A stretch of DNA of 64,000 bases, from the NCBI GenBank assembly GCA_046727435.1, contig JBKPCR010000099.1, forward strand, positions 253 through 64,252, read 5' to 3'. The position numbers and the translations under genes are program-made. The notes beneath the pieces were generated by a model. That model did no database searches, was not told the origin of the DNA, and was given only the letters and a program-made list of their open reading frames with translations. Of the stretch, positions 1-9,559 are shown piece by piece (positions within the stretch are counted from its first letter, which is position 1; every line of letters begins with the position of its first letter). Source of the stretch: a bacterium (GTDB lineage: Bacteria > Tectomicrobia > Entotheonellia > J063 > CAVPRW01).

Positions 1-988
1 CGCTGATAATCCCCAGCCCAACTGCGGATGGCGAAATCGCCCAGGGAGATATGCACGATCTTGGCGTTATCCGAGACGATGGACTGCAGGGTGCGGGTGT
101 GACGATCCAGACGGTTCAACGACCGGAAGAGATCAACCACATCGAGAGCCAGCACCACATCCGCGCGCGGCAAGAGTTCGGCGTCAGCGCCTGTACAATC
201 GAGAGGATGCGTATTGGGCATGTTGAAGCGCGCGCCGTGATCTAGCACCGGAATGGCCAGTAATTCGGCCAGTTCGATGAGGGTGCGCACGGCGCCGGGA
301 TGCCGTCCGACGGCATCGGCGATGATCACCGGATGCTCCGCGCCCGCCAACCATTCGGCCGCTTGCTGCACGGCGTCGGGGCTGGCGGCCAGCAGCGTGG
401 GTGGGCCGTAGTGTTGCGGGTCCGGCAGCGAGATGGGCTCGGTGACGGGACTCTCCTGCAACTCCACGTCATAGCAGACATAGACCGGACCTTGTGGCTC
501 GGTCACCGCGGTTCGATAGGCGCGCAGGAGAGATTCGGGCACGGCGGCGAGGGTGTAGGGTTGGTCATCCCATTTGACATAATCACGCACCAGGTTGCCC
601 TGGACGAGCCCCGTATGGATCCAATCGATCCAGGGACGGCGCTTGGTCAGATCCATGGGCCCGGTGCCTCCCAGCACAAGCATTGGCACGCGATCGCACC
701 AGGCATTGAAAATGGCCATCGAGGCATGTTGCAGGCCGACGATGTTATGGGCGATGGCCACCATCGGGCGGCCGGTGGCCTTGGCATACCCATGGGCGAT
801 GGCCACCGAGACCTCTTCGTGGCCGCACTCGATGACCTCAGGCAGGCGATTGCCGCCGTAATTGACGATCGAGTCGTGCAGGCCGCGGAAGCTTGAGCCG
901 GGGTTGAAGGCCGTATACTCAATGCCAAGGGCCTTCAAGAGATCGACGATGACATCGGAGCCATATTGGGCGTGTGAGGTCCAGGGTG
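1..988 (-). CDS. Thiamine-pyrophosphate-dependent enzyme (acetolactate-synthase-like family). N-terminal ~330 aa only; the 3' end runs past the window start.
   Basis: Reverse-strand translation from ATG at 986-988 (AAAGGAG Shine-Dalgarno upstream) gives MPNSPWTSHAQYGSDVIVDLLKALGIEYTAFNPGSSFRGLHDSIVNYGGNRLPEVIECGHEEVSVAIAHGYAKATGRPMVAIAHNIVGLQHASMAIFNAWCDRVPMLVLGG..., the typical TPP-enzyme N-terminal Pyr domain. No stop occurs before position 1. It is absent from the ORF track because it is open at the window edge. Confidence 0.8.
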
Positions 989-1098
989 AGTTGGGCATGG
1001 GATGCTCCTTTCGGGCAGATGGATCAACCCTGTGATGAGGCGATGATGTCACAGTACAACGTGGTGAAGGGCCAGACAAAGAGAAGCCCATAGGACCG

Positions 1099-2043
1099 TT
1101 ACGCCTGGGTAAGCGCTGCTTCCCAGCTTTCTTGATCCACTGTCCCATCTTGGACGATGGCCACTCCTGACCGTCGGGCATCGTCTTGCATATTGGGTGG
1201 CCATTCCTGACCCGCGGCCACAGGCAGAGCCCTCAAACCAGCTTGCCGCAGCACTGCTGCGCATCTAGCGGCACGGTCGACATCGATGTGTCCTACTGTC
1301 CAGGAGGCTTCTAGTACAAGCACGATAGGCTGACGGCTGTCACGCGTTTGACCACCCCAAAGGAGGTCGGCTGCTAGCGCTTCCTGGTAGTCGCGATCGG
1401 AGATCACACCGGTCTGGCGAGCCTCCTGGAGACGATCGGCCACCTGGTTGGTGGCATCGTATCCTTGCACCAGAAGGCGCCCGAAGATCGCAGCTGCCCG
1501 GTCGCGGTAGAATTGTTCTTGCCCTAATCCCTTCAATTGTCCGATATCGCGTCGCATGTCACGCCGGTCGGCCGCAGCGTCGGTGAAGCCCTGTGCCATG
1601 TCTGTGCGAATGCGTTGACGATCTTCGGCGGCGTCGGTGAAGCCCTGCGCCATGTCTGTGCGAATGCGTTGACGATCTTCGGCAGCGTCGGTGAAGCCCT
1701 GCGCCATGTCTGTGCGAATGCGTTGACGATCTTCGGCGGCGTCGGTGAAGCCCTGCTCCACACGGTCGGTTAAGTGGTCCACACGCCCAGTTAGTTGGGT
1801 GAGATCCTGGCGTAACTCGTGGCGTTCGGTTGCGGCCTCAACGAAGCCCTGCTCCATACGTTCGGTCAAACGCGTTATGGCCTCCTCCGTGCGGCGTTGG
1901 GCAGTCGCCAATTCCTGTACAGTACGCGGCAAATCGAGTAAGTCCTGCGAGAGAAGCACCCGCCGTAGCTCAGTCTGCCAATCTGGATGCTCTTCGAGGA
2001 GGCGAATCAAATCGTGAAAATCCGCCACAGTAAACGGCATCAA
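1099..2043 (-). CDS. Hypothetical coiled-coil protein with four perfect 18-aa tandem repeats (DAAEDRQRIRTDMAQGFT) and a C-terminal alpha/beta domain, possibly nuclease-like.
   Basis: 314-aa ORF. The N-terminus is heptad-rich. The repeat DRQRIRTDMAQGFTDAAE occurs four times. The C-terminal segment PIVLVLEASWTVGHIDVDRAARCAAVLRQAG resembles conserved hypothetical families of thermophilic and filamentous bacteria; this is recalled from memory, not searched. Confidence 0.6.
   Translation of the reverse strand: MMPFTVADFHDLIRLLEEHPDWQTELRRVLLSQDLLDLPRTVQELATAQRRTEEAITRLTERMEQGFVEAATERHELRQDLTQLTGRVDHLTDRVEQGFTDAAEDRQRIRTDMAQGFTDAAEDRQRIRTDMAQGFTDAAEDRQRIRTDMAQGFTDAAADRRDMRRDIGQLKGLGQEQFYRDRAAAIFGRLLVQGYDATNQVADRLQEARQTGVISDRDYQEALAADLLWGGQTRDSRQPIVLVLEASWTVGHIDVDRAARCAAVLRQAGLRALPVAAGQEWPPNMQDDARRSGVAIVQDGTVDQESWEAALTQA
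1577..1762. repeat. 54-bp direct tandem repeat, about 3.4 copies, in frame inside the 1099-2043 CDS.
   Basis: The unit gcgtcggtgaagccctgcgccatgtctgtgcgaatgcgttgacgatcttcggcg repeats at about 1577, 1631 and 1685, with a partial copy at 1739. The copies are near-identical, differing by 1 nt. Confidence 0.85.
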
Positions 2044-2638
2044 CAGCTCCTAGCAGCAACTGATCGCGAAGGAAAAATGGCTTCCCTTAAAGCCTGAAAT
2101 ACCTGAATTTTACACTCTCGCAGTGCTATACGCAAACGTGACTCGCCTGCCTCGCAGCCATACCCCTCTCTGCGCCGTTCCTCTGGAAAGGGTTCTGCGC
2201 AGGGGCACAAGCGGACCTATCGACCGTAGTGAAGCATGTTTGGGGTGGAGGACAAGAGCTCTAGGTAACCAGGAGGGACTTGGTGACAGACTAGCGTCTG
2301 CGGGGCAATCCCATGGACTGGGGGGCGAGATCAGTAATTCGAAGCAGAGAGGCAGAGCTATCAGAGGCTACAGAGGCAAACAGGCCACGACGTGTGTCGC
2401 ATGCGGTAGGCTGGGAGTGCATCCTAGGCTATGACCCTGTCTCCACGAGCCTGCAGCACTGATAATTCCACATGTGGTGGATGGATTGCGGGATATAGAG
2501 ATGTGCCCGCTTGCGCAGGGCCGCATCGACGGCAGGCCATAGGTGTTTGCGGGCGTATGTCACAGGCTTGCGACGCTGTCATGAGGGAAAGGCCTGAAGT
2601 ATGCCACTCCGAAAGTGCACAGTGGGGGTTCTGGGGGG

Positions 2639-3064
2639 TTATGCGCGAAATTCACGGGGACGTTTTGATAGCCGTCGTTCGCCCCCTACGTCTGCTCGCA
2701 ACCCACGCCTAGAATGCACCGCCTCCCACCAAAACCCTACGGAGTTCGCCCCTTGCCACACCCCTAGCAACGCGGTCAGGCGCAGCGCCTGGGCGCCCGG
2801 CCGCTCTGAAAACCCCCAGCGCAGTAGGTCAGGCAGCCGCGCGTAAAATGCGAAATCCGACCTGAAAAAGCCCGAGCCACGCCGCACACATGCCCGATGG
2901 AAGCGAAAGGCGCCGCGGCCATAGTTGAAGTGCTGCCGCCAGAAAGTGCGCAGCGTCAGTGGATACACGTGGGACATGATGACTTCCGGAGCGTAGGTCA
3001 TACGATAGGCGTGGTGTAGCCAGCGGTCGCAAAGGTCGCGGTCCTCTGACGTTCTGAAGGTCAT
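2639..3064 (-). pseudogene. Family-2 glycosyltransferase C-terminal fragment; the N-terminal catalytic half is missing.
   Basis: SEDRDLCDRW...MSHVYPLTLRTFWRQHFNYGRGAFRF matches the conserved GT2 C-terminal region (ED.D...R...H......FxRQxxRYGRG). No DXD-containing catalytic domain lies upstream. Confidence 0.5.
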
Positions 3065-3099
3065 GTCAAAGCCGCCGAGCGCGCGGAAGCGGTCCCGCC

Positions 3100-3792
3100 G
3101 CTTTCACCAATCCACCAATTGCGTAAAAACTAGATGATGGCGGGGATCGCCGCGCCGCCGCCCACTGTGATCGCCCGCCTTATCTTGACTTCAGGCCTTC
3201 CTGGGCTGTCACAGACGAGGTACACGACGGTTGCCAAGAGCAGGGAGAGGCCGACGAGTCGTGTGAGGTAGGCAAGCGAGATCAGGGCTACGGCCATGGC
3301 CATGGCTCTCCCCGACCATTCTACTCGTCTCGAGCAGCGATGGACCTAGAGCAGGGCCAGGAGTGAAAGGCAGAGGTAGGGGATCTCCGCCATGATGGAT
3401 TGGGAATAAGACAGTATGCCATGCGAAGTCGCCGTGAAGGTGACCACCAGGAAGGCCATCGGCTCTTCGGCGAGATCAGTAAGGAAGATATAGACGAGGT
3501 ACAAGGTGAGCATGGCGAGGGCCACCATGAGCAGCTTCATGGCGAGAACATGAAAACCGATGAGGCCGATCAGGGGAGCCAGGAAGGAGGGAAAAACGGG
3601 AGGATATCTGGTGTGGGGTGGATGCCCGGCGAGATAGGTCGAGCTGTATCCCTGACCGGTGACAAGCGACTTTCCCAGGGCGATATAGACGCCGCTGTCA
3701 TGCTCTACCTTAAGATCGCTATCCAAAGCGAGGATGGAAAAAATAGCAAAGAAGGACAATGCGAGCAGAGGGCTTATCGTTGTGAGGGACAT
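3100..3792 (-). pseudogene. GT-C family membrane glycosyltransferase (PMT/ArnT-like) N-terminal fragment, interrupted by an in-frame stop at 3343-3345 and truncated.
   Basis: MSLTTISPLLALSFFAIFSILALDSDLKVEHDSGVYIALGKSLVTGQGY is a typical ArnT/PMT_2 N-terminus with multiple TM segments. The same frame continues after a TAG as MAMAVALISLAYLTRLVGLSLLLATVVYLV before terminating. A full-length homologue would be about 500 aa. Confidence 0.5.
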
Positions 3793-3806
3793 CTTCTATT
3801 CAGCGT

Positions 3807-4256
3807 TCAGCCAACAACTAGGGAGGGCTTCCCGGCGGGTCGGTAGCTTGAAAGGGATGTGACGGATTGATGATCTACGAATGGATGATCGTCTTCGGAG
3901 AGCTTGACCGGCGCCTTGTTGGCTGACGCCTGGGTCGGTCGGTTCAGGGCGAGGCCCTCGACCACCGCCTTGCTGAGGGCACGACTCTTGAGGAGTTCGA
4001 CCTCTGCCGTCAGGTCCTGCTGCTGCGGCAAGATGAACCCAGGGCTGGCACCCCCGCTCACCGCGGGTGAGAGCACGAGATCGGCGCGAGCCCGTGACAC
4101 CAGGAGTTTCCCTGAAACTTCATAGATGATCGGTTGGCGGAAGATCGTGATGCCGATTCCCGCCGTCACGGCGAGAAAGACGCCGGCAATGAGCGCTTTT
4201 CTCTTGAAGATTACCCGCAAATAATCCCCTATCGCAAAATGTTCTCGCGCAGCCAT
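3807..4256 (-). CDS. Polysaccharide co-polymerase (Wzz / chain-length-determinant) N-terminal domain protein, probably truncated at 149 aa.
   Basis: GDYLRVIFKRKALIAGVFLAVTAGIGITIF is the classic Wzz N-terminal motif plus TM1. A periplasmic segment follows. The ORF stops 15 bp before the ArnT-like remnant. Confidence 0.55.
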   Translation of the reverse strand: MAAREHFAIGDYLRVIFKRKALIAGVFLAVTAGIGITIFRQPIIYEVSGKLLVSRARADLVLSPAVSGGASPGFILPQQQDLTAEVELLKSRALSKAVVEGLALNRPTQASANKAPVKLSEDDHPFVDHQSVTSLSSYRPAGKPSLVVG

Positions 4257-4318
4257 GTGCTATCCCCTACCGTTGCTATCGAACTCGTGTTGCCGAACTC
4301 GCCCGGCCATGTCGACCA

Positions 4319-5047
4319 TTAAAATCCAAATGGAATTATCGGTCGAATAGGGCTCCCGAACGGCATCATATTCCGGATATATTGCTCGACCCACACGTTG
4401 ACCTTGGCGATGCCGGTTTGCGGGATGAAGATTAGATCGTCCTGGGCAAGCACGGCATCATCTGCGCTGTCTTGGTGCGCCAGGATCTTCGTGAGGTTGA
4501 GCTCGCGATAGCCAAACTGATTGTCCCCGGCGGATCGTAGCAGCACCACCCGTTCGACGTTGCCCGTGTTCTTGGGCCCCCCAGCCTCAACGATGGCCTG
4601 CAGGGCGTTCATCTTCGGCTTTAGCTGGATGATTCCAGGGCGCTGCACCTCACCTCCGACATAGACTTGACCGGTCTTCGCCGTCTTAACGTCGACGGTG
4701 ACTTTCGGCTCTCGTAGGGTGAAGGAGTAGCGTTGGGCGATCTGCTCGGCGAGTTGCTCCGGCGTCAAGCCAGCGGCCTGGATGTCTCCGATGAGCGGCA
4801 ATAGAAGCTTGCCGTCCGGACGGACGATAAGATCCCGCAGGTCGTGGTCCGGATGGTAGTAGAATCTAATATTCAATGTATCACCCACCTGCACGATGTA
4901 ATCGCTCTGTGAGGCTGGAAGCTGGGAAACCATCGGGGTGAGAGGGATCAAGGTCACTTGGCCTCCTTGGGAGGCGCATCCCATTACAACCCCCGCCAGC
5001 ACAAGGATCAGCATGCCACACTTCAATACCCTCTCAACTCGTCGCAT
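4319..5047 (-). CDS. Polysaccharide export protein, Wza/GumB/EpsA family (Poly_export + SLBB).
   Basis: Signal peptide; YIVQVGDTLNIRFYYHPDHDL..VRPDGKLLLPLIGDIQAAGLTPEQLAEQIAQRY is the Poly_export domain; VYVGGEVQRPG is the SLBB domain. 242 aa, in the size range of PEP-CTERM-associated exporters. Confidence 0.8.
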   Translation of the reverse strand: MRRVERVLKCGMLILVLAGVVMGCASQGGQVTLIPLTPMVSQLPASQSDYIVQVGDTLNIRFYYHPDHDLRDLIVRPDGKLLLPLIGDIQAAGLTPEQLAEQIAQRYSFTLREPKVTVDVKTAKTGQVYVGGEVQRPGIIQLKPKMNALQAIVEAGGPKNTGNVERVVLLRSAGDNQFGYRELNLTKILAHQDSADDAVLAQDDLIFIPQTGIAKVNVWVEQYIRNMMPFGSPIRPIIPFGF

Positions 5048-6093
5048 TGTTTCAACCCCTATGACAGTTTGCCGCTTCTGTCCCGGTGCCGAACGGCATC
5101 ATGGGTGGCCTTTCTGGTGTCAACGATGATGGTGGAAAGCTCAACGACTCGTCCATCGTGGACACAATGATCTGCCGTGATAATAGGGATGCCATCGGCA
5201 CGGCTTATTCGTCAAGTGGGACCGCATGGAGCAATCAACCCCCGCACTTCGGAGCTAGGATGGCGGAGTCTTGCCTGGTGTGCAGGTCGGCGTGAAGCGC
5301 ATTGATGGACATTGGCAGCCCGACTCGGAGCATGGACGGGTTGGAAACAGTAAGAGCCAAGAGCCAGGATCTAGTGCCAGGCTGCTTCGGGAAGGGGGCA
5401 TGCCGTACACGATTGCGGAGTGCACTCCATCTGCATGGTCAGCCTGCCGTGTGCACCCTGTCGCTGCCAGAGGCGAACATCACCGGACACAGCCTTCCAC
5501 GAATCTCTGAAAGAGGTGGGTAGGTAATGAAGGTCCCAGGCTGACGAAGAATACTGTAAGGATCAATGCTGGGGCTTCGCCCCCTTCGGTTTCGCTCCCC
5601 TTTCCCGGGGGTTCATCCGCCCCTCAAGCCCAGGTGAGTATGTGTTGGCCAGCGGCAAGTTGTAGCAGGCCGACAATGGCACTCGAGAGCGTTTTCCCTC
5701 GTATGCCTAGATCATTGCGACTCAGATTTCCCGCGCCCATGTAGCAGTGCCTGTATGGTCTCGAGTTGCGTACCATAGGTGAGTAGCGCATAGCTTCGCA
5801 CCCAGGCTGACGCGTGCGGTGAAAGTACTCCACCGCTGTTTGTGGGTACAAATGTAGGGCATGCCGGTAGGAGCAACAATTTAACAGCAGATACATTTTT
5901 CTATAACTATGGATAAACAACCAGCCTGACGGCGTTCCGCATGAATCTACCTTAACAGATTTCGTTTAAAGGGATTTTTGTATCAGGAATCGAAATGGCG
6001 GGGCGTACTGCGAGGACATGGAATGATGCGAGACGATCAAAATATATCTGGTGCTATAGTGTCGTCGTGTAGTATATCCCGTAGATTATACAT

Positions 6094-6435
6094 ATGGCCG
6101 ATACATCGAAGATTCCAGACATGCGGAAAACTCCCAGATTTCGGGTCGCGCTACCCGTGGAACTGCTGGAAGGAACCGGCATCACGCGTGACCTCAACGC
6201 CGGTGGTGTGTTCTTTGAGACGGACCGTATGTTCGCCCTCGGGGAGGTCATCCAGTTTGCCCTTGTCTTAGAATACATCGATCCAAGACAGCCGGTGCGT
6301 CTGCAATGCCGTGGCCATGTGGTGCGCCTCGAACGGCAGGGCAATACCATGGGAGTGGCGGTAGCCATTACGGCATACCGGCTTGACGCGCAGTCACACG
6401 GTGGGATGGGAGCCCGAAGTCCAACGGCTCAATAA
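6094..6435 (+). CDS. PilZ-domain protein (c-di-GMP binding).
   Basis: MRKTPRFRVALPVEL...GITRDLNAGGVFFETD carries the RxxxR and D/NxSxGG PilZ signatures. 113 aa. Confidence 0.75.
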   Translation: MADTSKIPDMRKTPRFRVALPVELLEGTGITRDLNAGGVFFETDRMFALGEVIQFALVLEYIDPRQPVRLQCRGHVVRLERQGNTMGVAVAITAYRLDAQSHGGMGARSPTAQ

Positions 6436-6597
6436 ACTGGGGTCGCACTACTCCCTTTGCCTGAGTATAGCGCAGCAAGGCCATACGGTTGTCCACGTAG
6501 AGCTTCTCGTCGCGGCGGTACAAGTGGGTCTTGATGGTATCTGTGCTAATGGTCGACTTATCGGCGATCTCTTTTACCGCGGATTGTATGACTTAAC
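6395..6597 (-). pseudogene. LuxR-type HTH DNA-binding domain remnant; no start codon and no receiver domain.
   Basis: Minus-strand frame reads ...QSAVKEIADKSTISTDTIKTHLYRRDEKLYVDNRMALLRYTQAKGVV, a LuxR/GerE C-terminal helix-turn-helix. It is bounded by stops with no initiator and is absent from the ORF track. Confidence 0.45.
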
Positions 6598-6829
6598 GTT
6601 TTGGCGATCGCTCTGGTATACGACTGAGGTTTTTCTTTCCCCCTAAGTATCTTCCCTCCGCGAGACGATCACCCTGTTGCCCTCTGTGTCATTTGTATCT
6701 TTGCGAGGTCGTGTCGCTTGCCGACGCGAGCCGACACGCTTTACCCCCAGAAAGATGGAGATGAATGCGTGCCGTCCCCCTAGTGGTTGTGTTCTTACTC
6801 GCCCGACAGCATGAGTTACACCGGAATTC

Positions 6830-7516
6830 GTGCAGACCCACGATGTGAGGGAGCGTGATGACCGAGCGAAAGTCCATTGTTCTGCTGTTGACTGTCCTGA
6901 GCCTTTTCCTCATCGCCTCAGAGCTTTACGCTGCACAAGCGCCACTCTCTCATGGAGCGCCCCGACGACGAACGCTGGCGGCACCTCCCTGAGCGATCTC
7001 GCAGGGTACAAGGTCTATTCTGGCGTGACGAGCCGGACCTATGGTACGTCGATCGACGTCGGCAACAGAACGACCTATACCCTCACCGGCCTCGCAAACG
7101 GCACGCAATATTACATTGCCGTCAAAGCCTACGAGACCTCGGGGAATGAAAGCGGTTTTTCGGCGGAAGTGCCCTTTCCGGATAGGACTCTAGCCGCAAA
7201 CTTCACCGCCATCGCCACCTCAGGCCCAGCCCACCTCATGGTTACTTTTACCGACAGTTCTAGGGCGTGCATGCTTGCGGCAGTGATAATTCTAAATCTG
7301 TTGAATCGCTTACGAGGTATAAATAAGCGTCCGCTTGCGCAGAGCTTTGGCGTCGAAACTTCGGATGAATGTACCTGTGGCCTGGGCCGTGAGCTGTGCA
7401 CCGCAGGCCTGTTCTCTATCGAGCCACACGACATTAGCACACGTGAGTTACCAAGGCCCTATTCAGGCCGTTTTTCGGCGAAGCTGCCTGTAGCAATCTC
7501 GTGTAAGCAGATATAG
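6830..7516 (+). pseudogene. Frameshifted and 3'-truncated copy of a secreted FN3-PKD protein, paralogous to 23521-24150.
   Basis: A signal peptide MTERKSIVLLLTVLSLFLIASELYAAQA is encoded from about 6859 in frame A. The FN3 domain (LSWSAPTTNAGGTSLSDLAGYKVYSGVTSRTYGTSIDVGNRTTYTLTGLANGTQYYIAVKAYETSGNESG) is in frame B. The PKD domain begins (FTAIATSGPAHLMVTFTDSS) and then diverges into unrelated sequence. Confidence 0.65.
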
Positions 7517-7703
7517 CAGGAGCGCCACCACCCGGGCTTCCTCTCGATTCCAAGAATGCGGCATGCGATGGCGAACTCCTCCAACAACAGGCGGTCGCCT
7601 TCTGAGGTGAGCCCCCGTGCAAGAGCCTCGCTTGCCCAATTATTCTCTATTTGAGGTAACTTATGTTAAAGTTAGTTATTTTAATGCATAGTGATAAGGC
7701 AGC

Positions 7704-9302
7704 TCAAAAAACAGGAAATGCTGCGGATAGGGAAAGAATCACCCGGTTTTCGCTGTATTTGCCTCCTAGGCTAGGGTCACCAATATTGCTACTCGGTACG
7801 TCCGAGTCGCGATGTTGATAACGATATGCCGCGCTGACCGACCAGAGCCGACTTAACGCATAGGAAAGACTGGCACCGGTGCTCCAGTAGGTGAAGTCTT
7901 GGAGGTTTTGGTCTTGAGTGGAACCGTCTGTAGCGATGTCTTCGAGCATTTGCGTGCGGCCGAAATTGGCGAATACCGAGGCGAAGAGATTACGAGAAAC
8001 AGTATGAGTCAGAGTCAACGTGGCCGATTGGCTTAACACCAGTCCCACATCGTTGATATCGCCTGCGGTATCGTTGATATTCTGTTGAGTAGACAAGCTC
8101 ATACTGGTGCGTTGTGTCAGGGGTATAGAGCCATCCAAACTCACTTGCCAATTGGCGAATAGTCGCGTCGGGCGGCGCTGGCGGTCGACTACAGTAGGGC
8201 CAACCGAGGCGAACGCAGTGAGGAGGGTCGTGAGCTGCCGACGCACACCAAAACTCACGCCAAAAATCTGGGCGTCCCCGCTTGTGCTGACGTCCGAGGT
8301 CCCCTGGTGCTGATCGATCAGTGTGCCAAATGCGCGGAACGAGGCCGTTGTCCTGGGACTGATGATGTATGCGAGATCGCCTAAGGCGGCATGAGTTTGG
8401 GTATCGCCAGATTCTTTGCTGTTGGTCAGGCTAAAGAGATAGCCCACGCTACCGCTGAGATCACGCCTGAACCAATGCTGAAGCCCAGCACTCAAGGCAT
8501 TAGTCACACTGTTTCCCACAACACCACCGAGATTGCTTGCTGAGGGATCCGTATTGTCCTGTTCCACACTGCCATTCCATACCAAGGTGTTGGTATACGC
8601 CCAAGTAAGCGCGGTGGTCGGTGTCAACGCATAGCGGAGCTGGGGGCTGACGATGTTTTGCGAAAAAGGCTGCCGTTGACGCCTAACGCCAATGGGCGTG
8701 GCCTCGTCGGGCTCATCGCTGCGAATAAAGCTCTCGCTGAGGGATAATGACAATCGCGGCAGCTCATACCCCGCAGTGAATGATAGATTCGCAAAAGCGA
8801 AGGTACCCTGCCCTGCCCCAATGTCGTATGAGCCACGCAGCGAGTTGGCCAACGAAACGAAGCCGCGCCCGCTTTCCACGCGATACACCGTCCCGAGGTT
8901 CAAACTCGTGCGAAATACATCTTGGGGATCGCTATCCGACAAGAAGAAATTGTCGGAGTACTCTTCGGTGAGAGAGACTGCCATCAGCAGACGAGGAGTC
9001 ACCTCTCGCAGGCGCAACAGGGATTCGAGGAGAGGATTGGAGCGGACCGTCCGACGCATCCAGTCAAACTGTTTCGGAATAGGCGTCAGAATCTGTTCCT
9101 GAGGAGGGGGAAGTGGGCCGGGGGCGACGGGAACGGCTTCGACGGGCGCTGGGGCTTCCTCGGGGGCGCCACCTTCCCCCGTCGCGCCCAGCAAAAGCGC
9201 CAGGCAGAGAAAGCTGGCCCAGAAGTAGATGCGGACAACCGTACGAGTGGACTCCGGAACCTTGCATGTTCTGGACATCAGGCGATCCTGAAGGTTTTCC
9301 AC
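7704..9302 (-). CDS. Outer-membrane beta-barrel protein (polysaccharide-locus associated porin-like).
   Basis: Signal peptide (VVRIYFWASFLCLALLLGATG); alternative start at 9278. A Pro/Ala-rich linker is followed by many amphipathic beta strands. The C-terminal ...LSLSAAFPVF ends in Phe, as in OMP beta-barrels. 532 aa. Confidence 0.7.
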   Translation of the reverse strand: MENLQDRLMSRTCKVPESTRTVVRIYFWASFLCLALLLGATGEGGAPEEAPAPVEAVPVAPGPLPPPQEQILTPIPKQFDWMRRTVRSNPLLESLLRLREVTPRLLMAVSLTEEYSDNFFLSDSDPQDVFRTSLNLGTVYRVESGRGFVSLANSLRGSYDIGAGQGTFAFANLSFTAGYELPRLSLSLSESFIRSDEPDEATPIGVRRQRQPFSQNIVSPQLRYALTPTTALTWAYTNTLVWNGSVEQDNTDPSASNLGGVVGNSVTNALSAGLQHWFRRDLSGSVGYLFSLTNSKESGDTQTHAALGDLAYIISPRTTASFRAFGTLIDQHQGTSDVSTSGDAQIFGVSFGVRRQLTTLLTAFASVGPTVVDRQRRPTRLFANWQVSLDGSIPLTQRTSMSLSTQQNINDTAGDINDVGLVLSQSATLTLTHTVSRNLFASVFANFGRTQMLEDIATDGSTQDQNLQDFTYWSTGASLSYALSRLWSVSAAYRYQHRDSDVPSSNIGDPSLGGKYSENRVILSLSAAFPVF

Positions 9303-9559
9303 TCTGACATACCAAATGCTGCCGAATTATAGCCGGTTCGATTGCCTGCCGCCACTGCGCGCTTGCACGCGCTGCTGATGCAAGAGGTTACAGAACGTGG
9401 TGGCAAAGTAGGAATGTGATGCTACCGCTTGCTCCAGTGCGCTAGCAGCGATAGACATAAGCGTTAATCTCGATTTATAGTATACTGGGCCTCCAACGAA
9501 AGGAGGCCATTGCCATGGGCACGTGACGGTTCGCCGATCGGCAGACCCGCCCGACAGAG

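Noticed and set aside
300-928. ORF-track entries 300-896(+), 595-861(+), 647-928(-)
   Set aside because: They are antisense to or frame-shifted within the clearly homologous TPP-enzyme gene on the minus strand. These are typical GC-rich spurious ORFs.
3400-3846. Plus-strand 148-aa ORF overlapping the ArnT-like remnant
   Set aside because: It is antisense to a sequence with clear GT-C N-terminal membrane topology and has a charged low-complexity translation.
5500-6090. Looked for a c-di-GMP (GEMM) riboswitch in the long leader upstream of the PilZ and wza genes
   Set aside because: I could not find the GGCAAAC...GACGCAAAGC type conserved cores by eye. A covariance-model scan is still needed.
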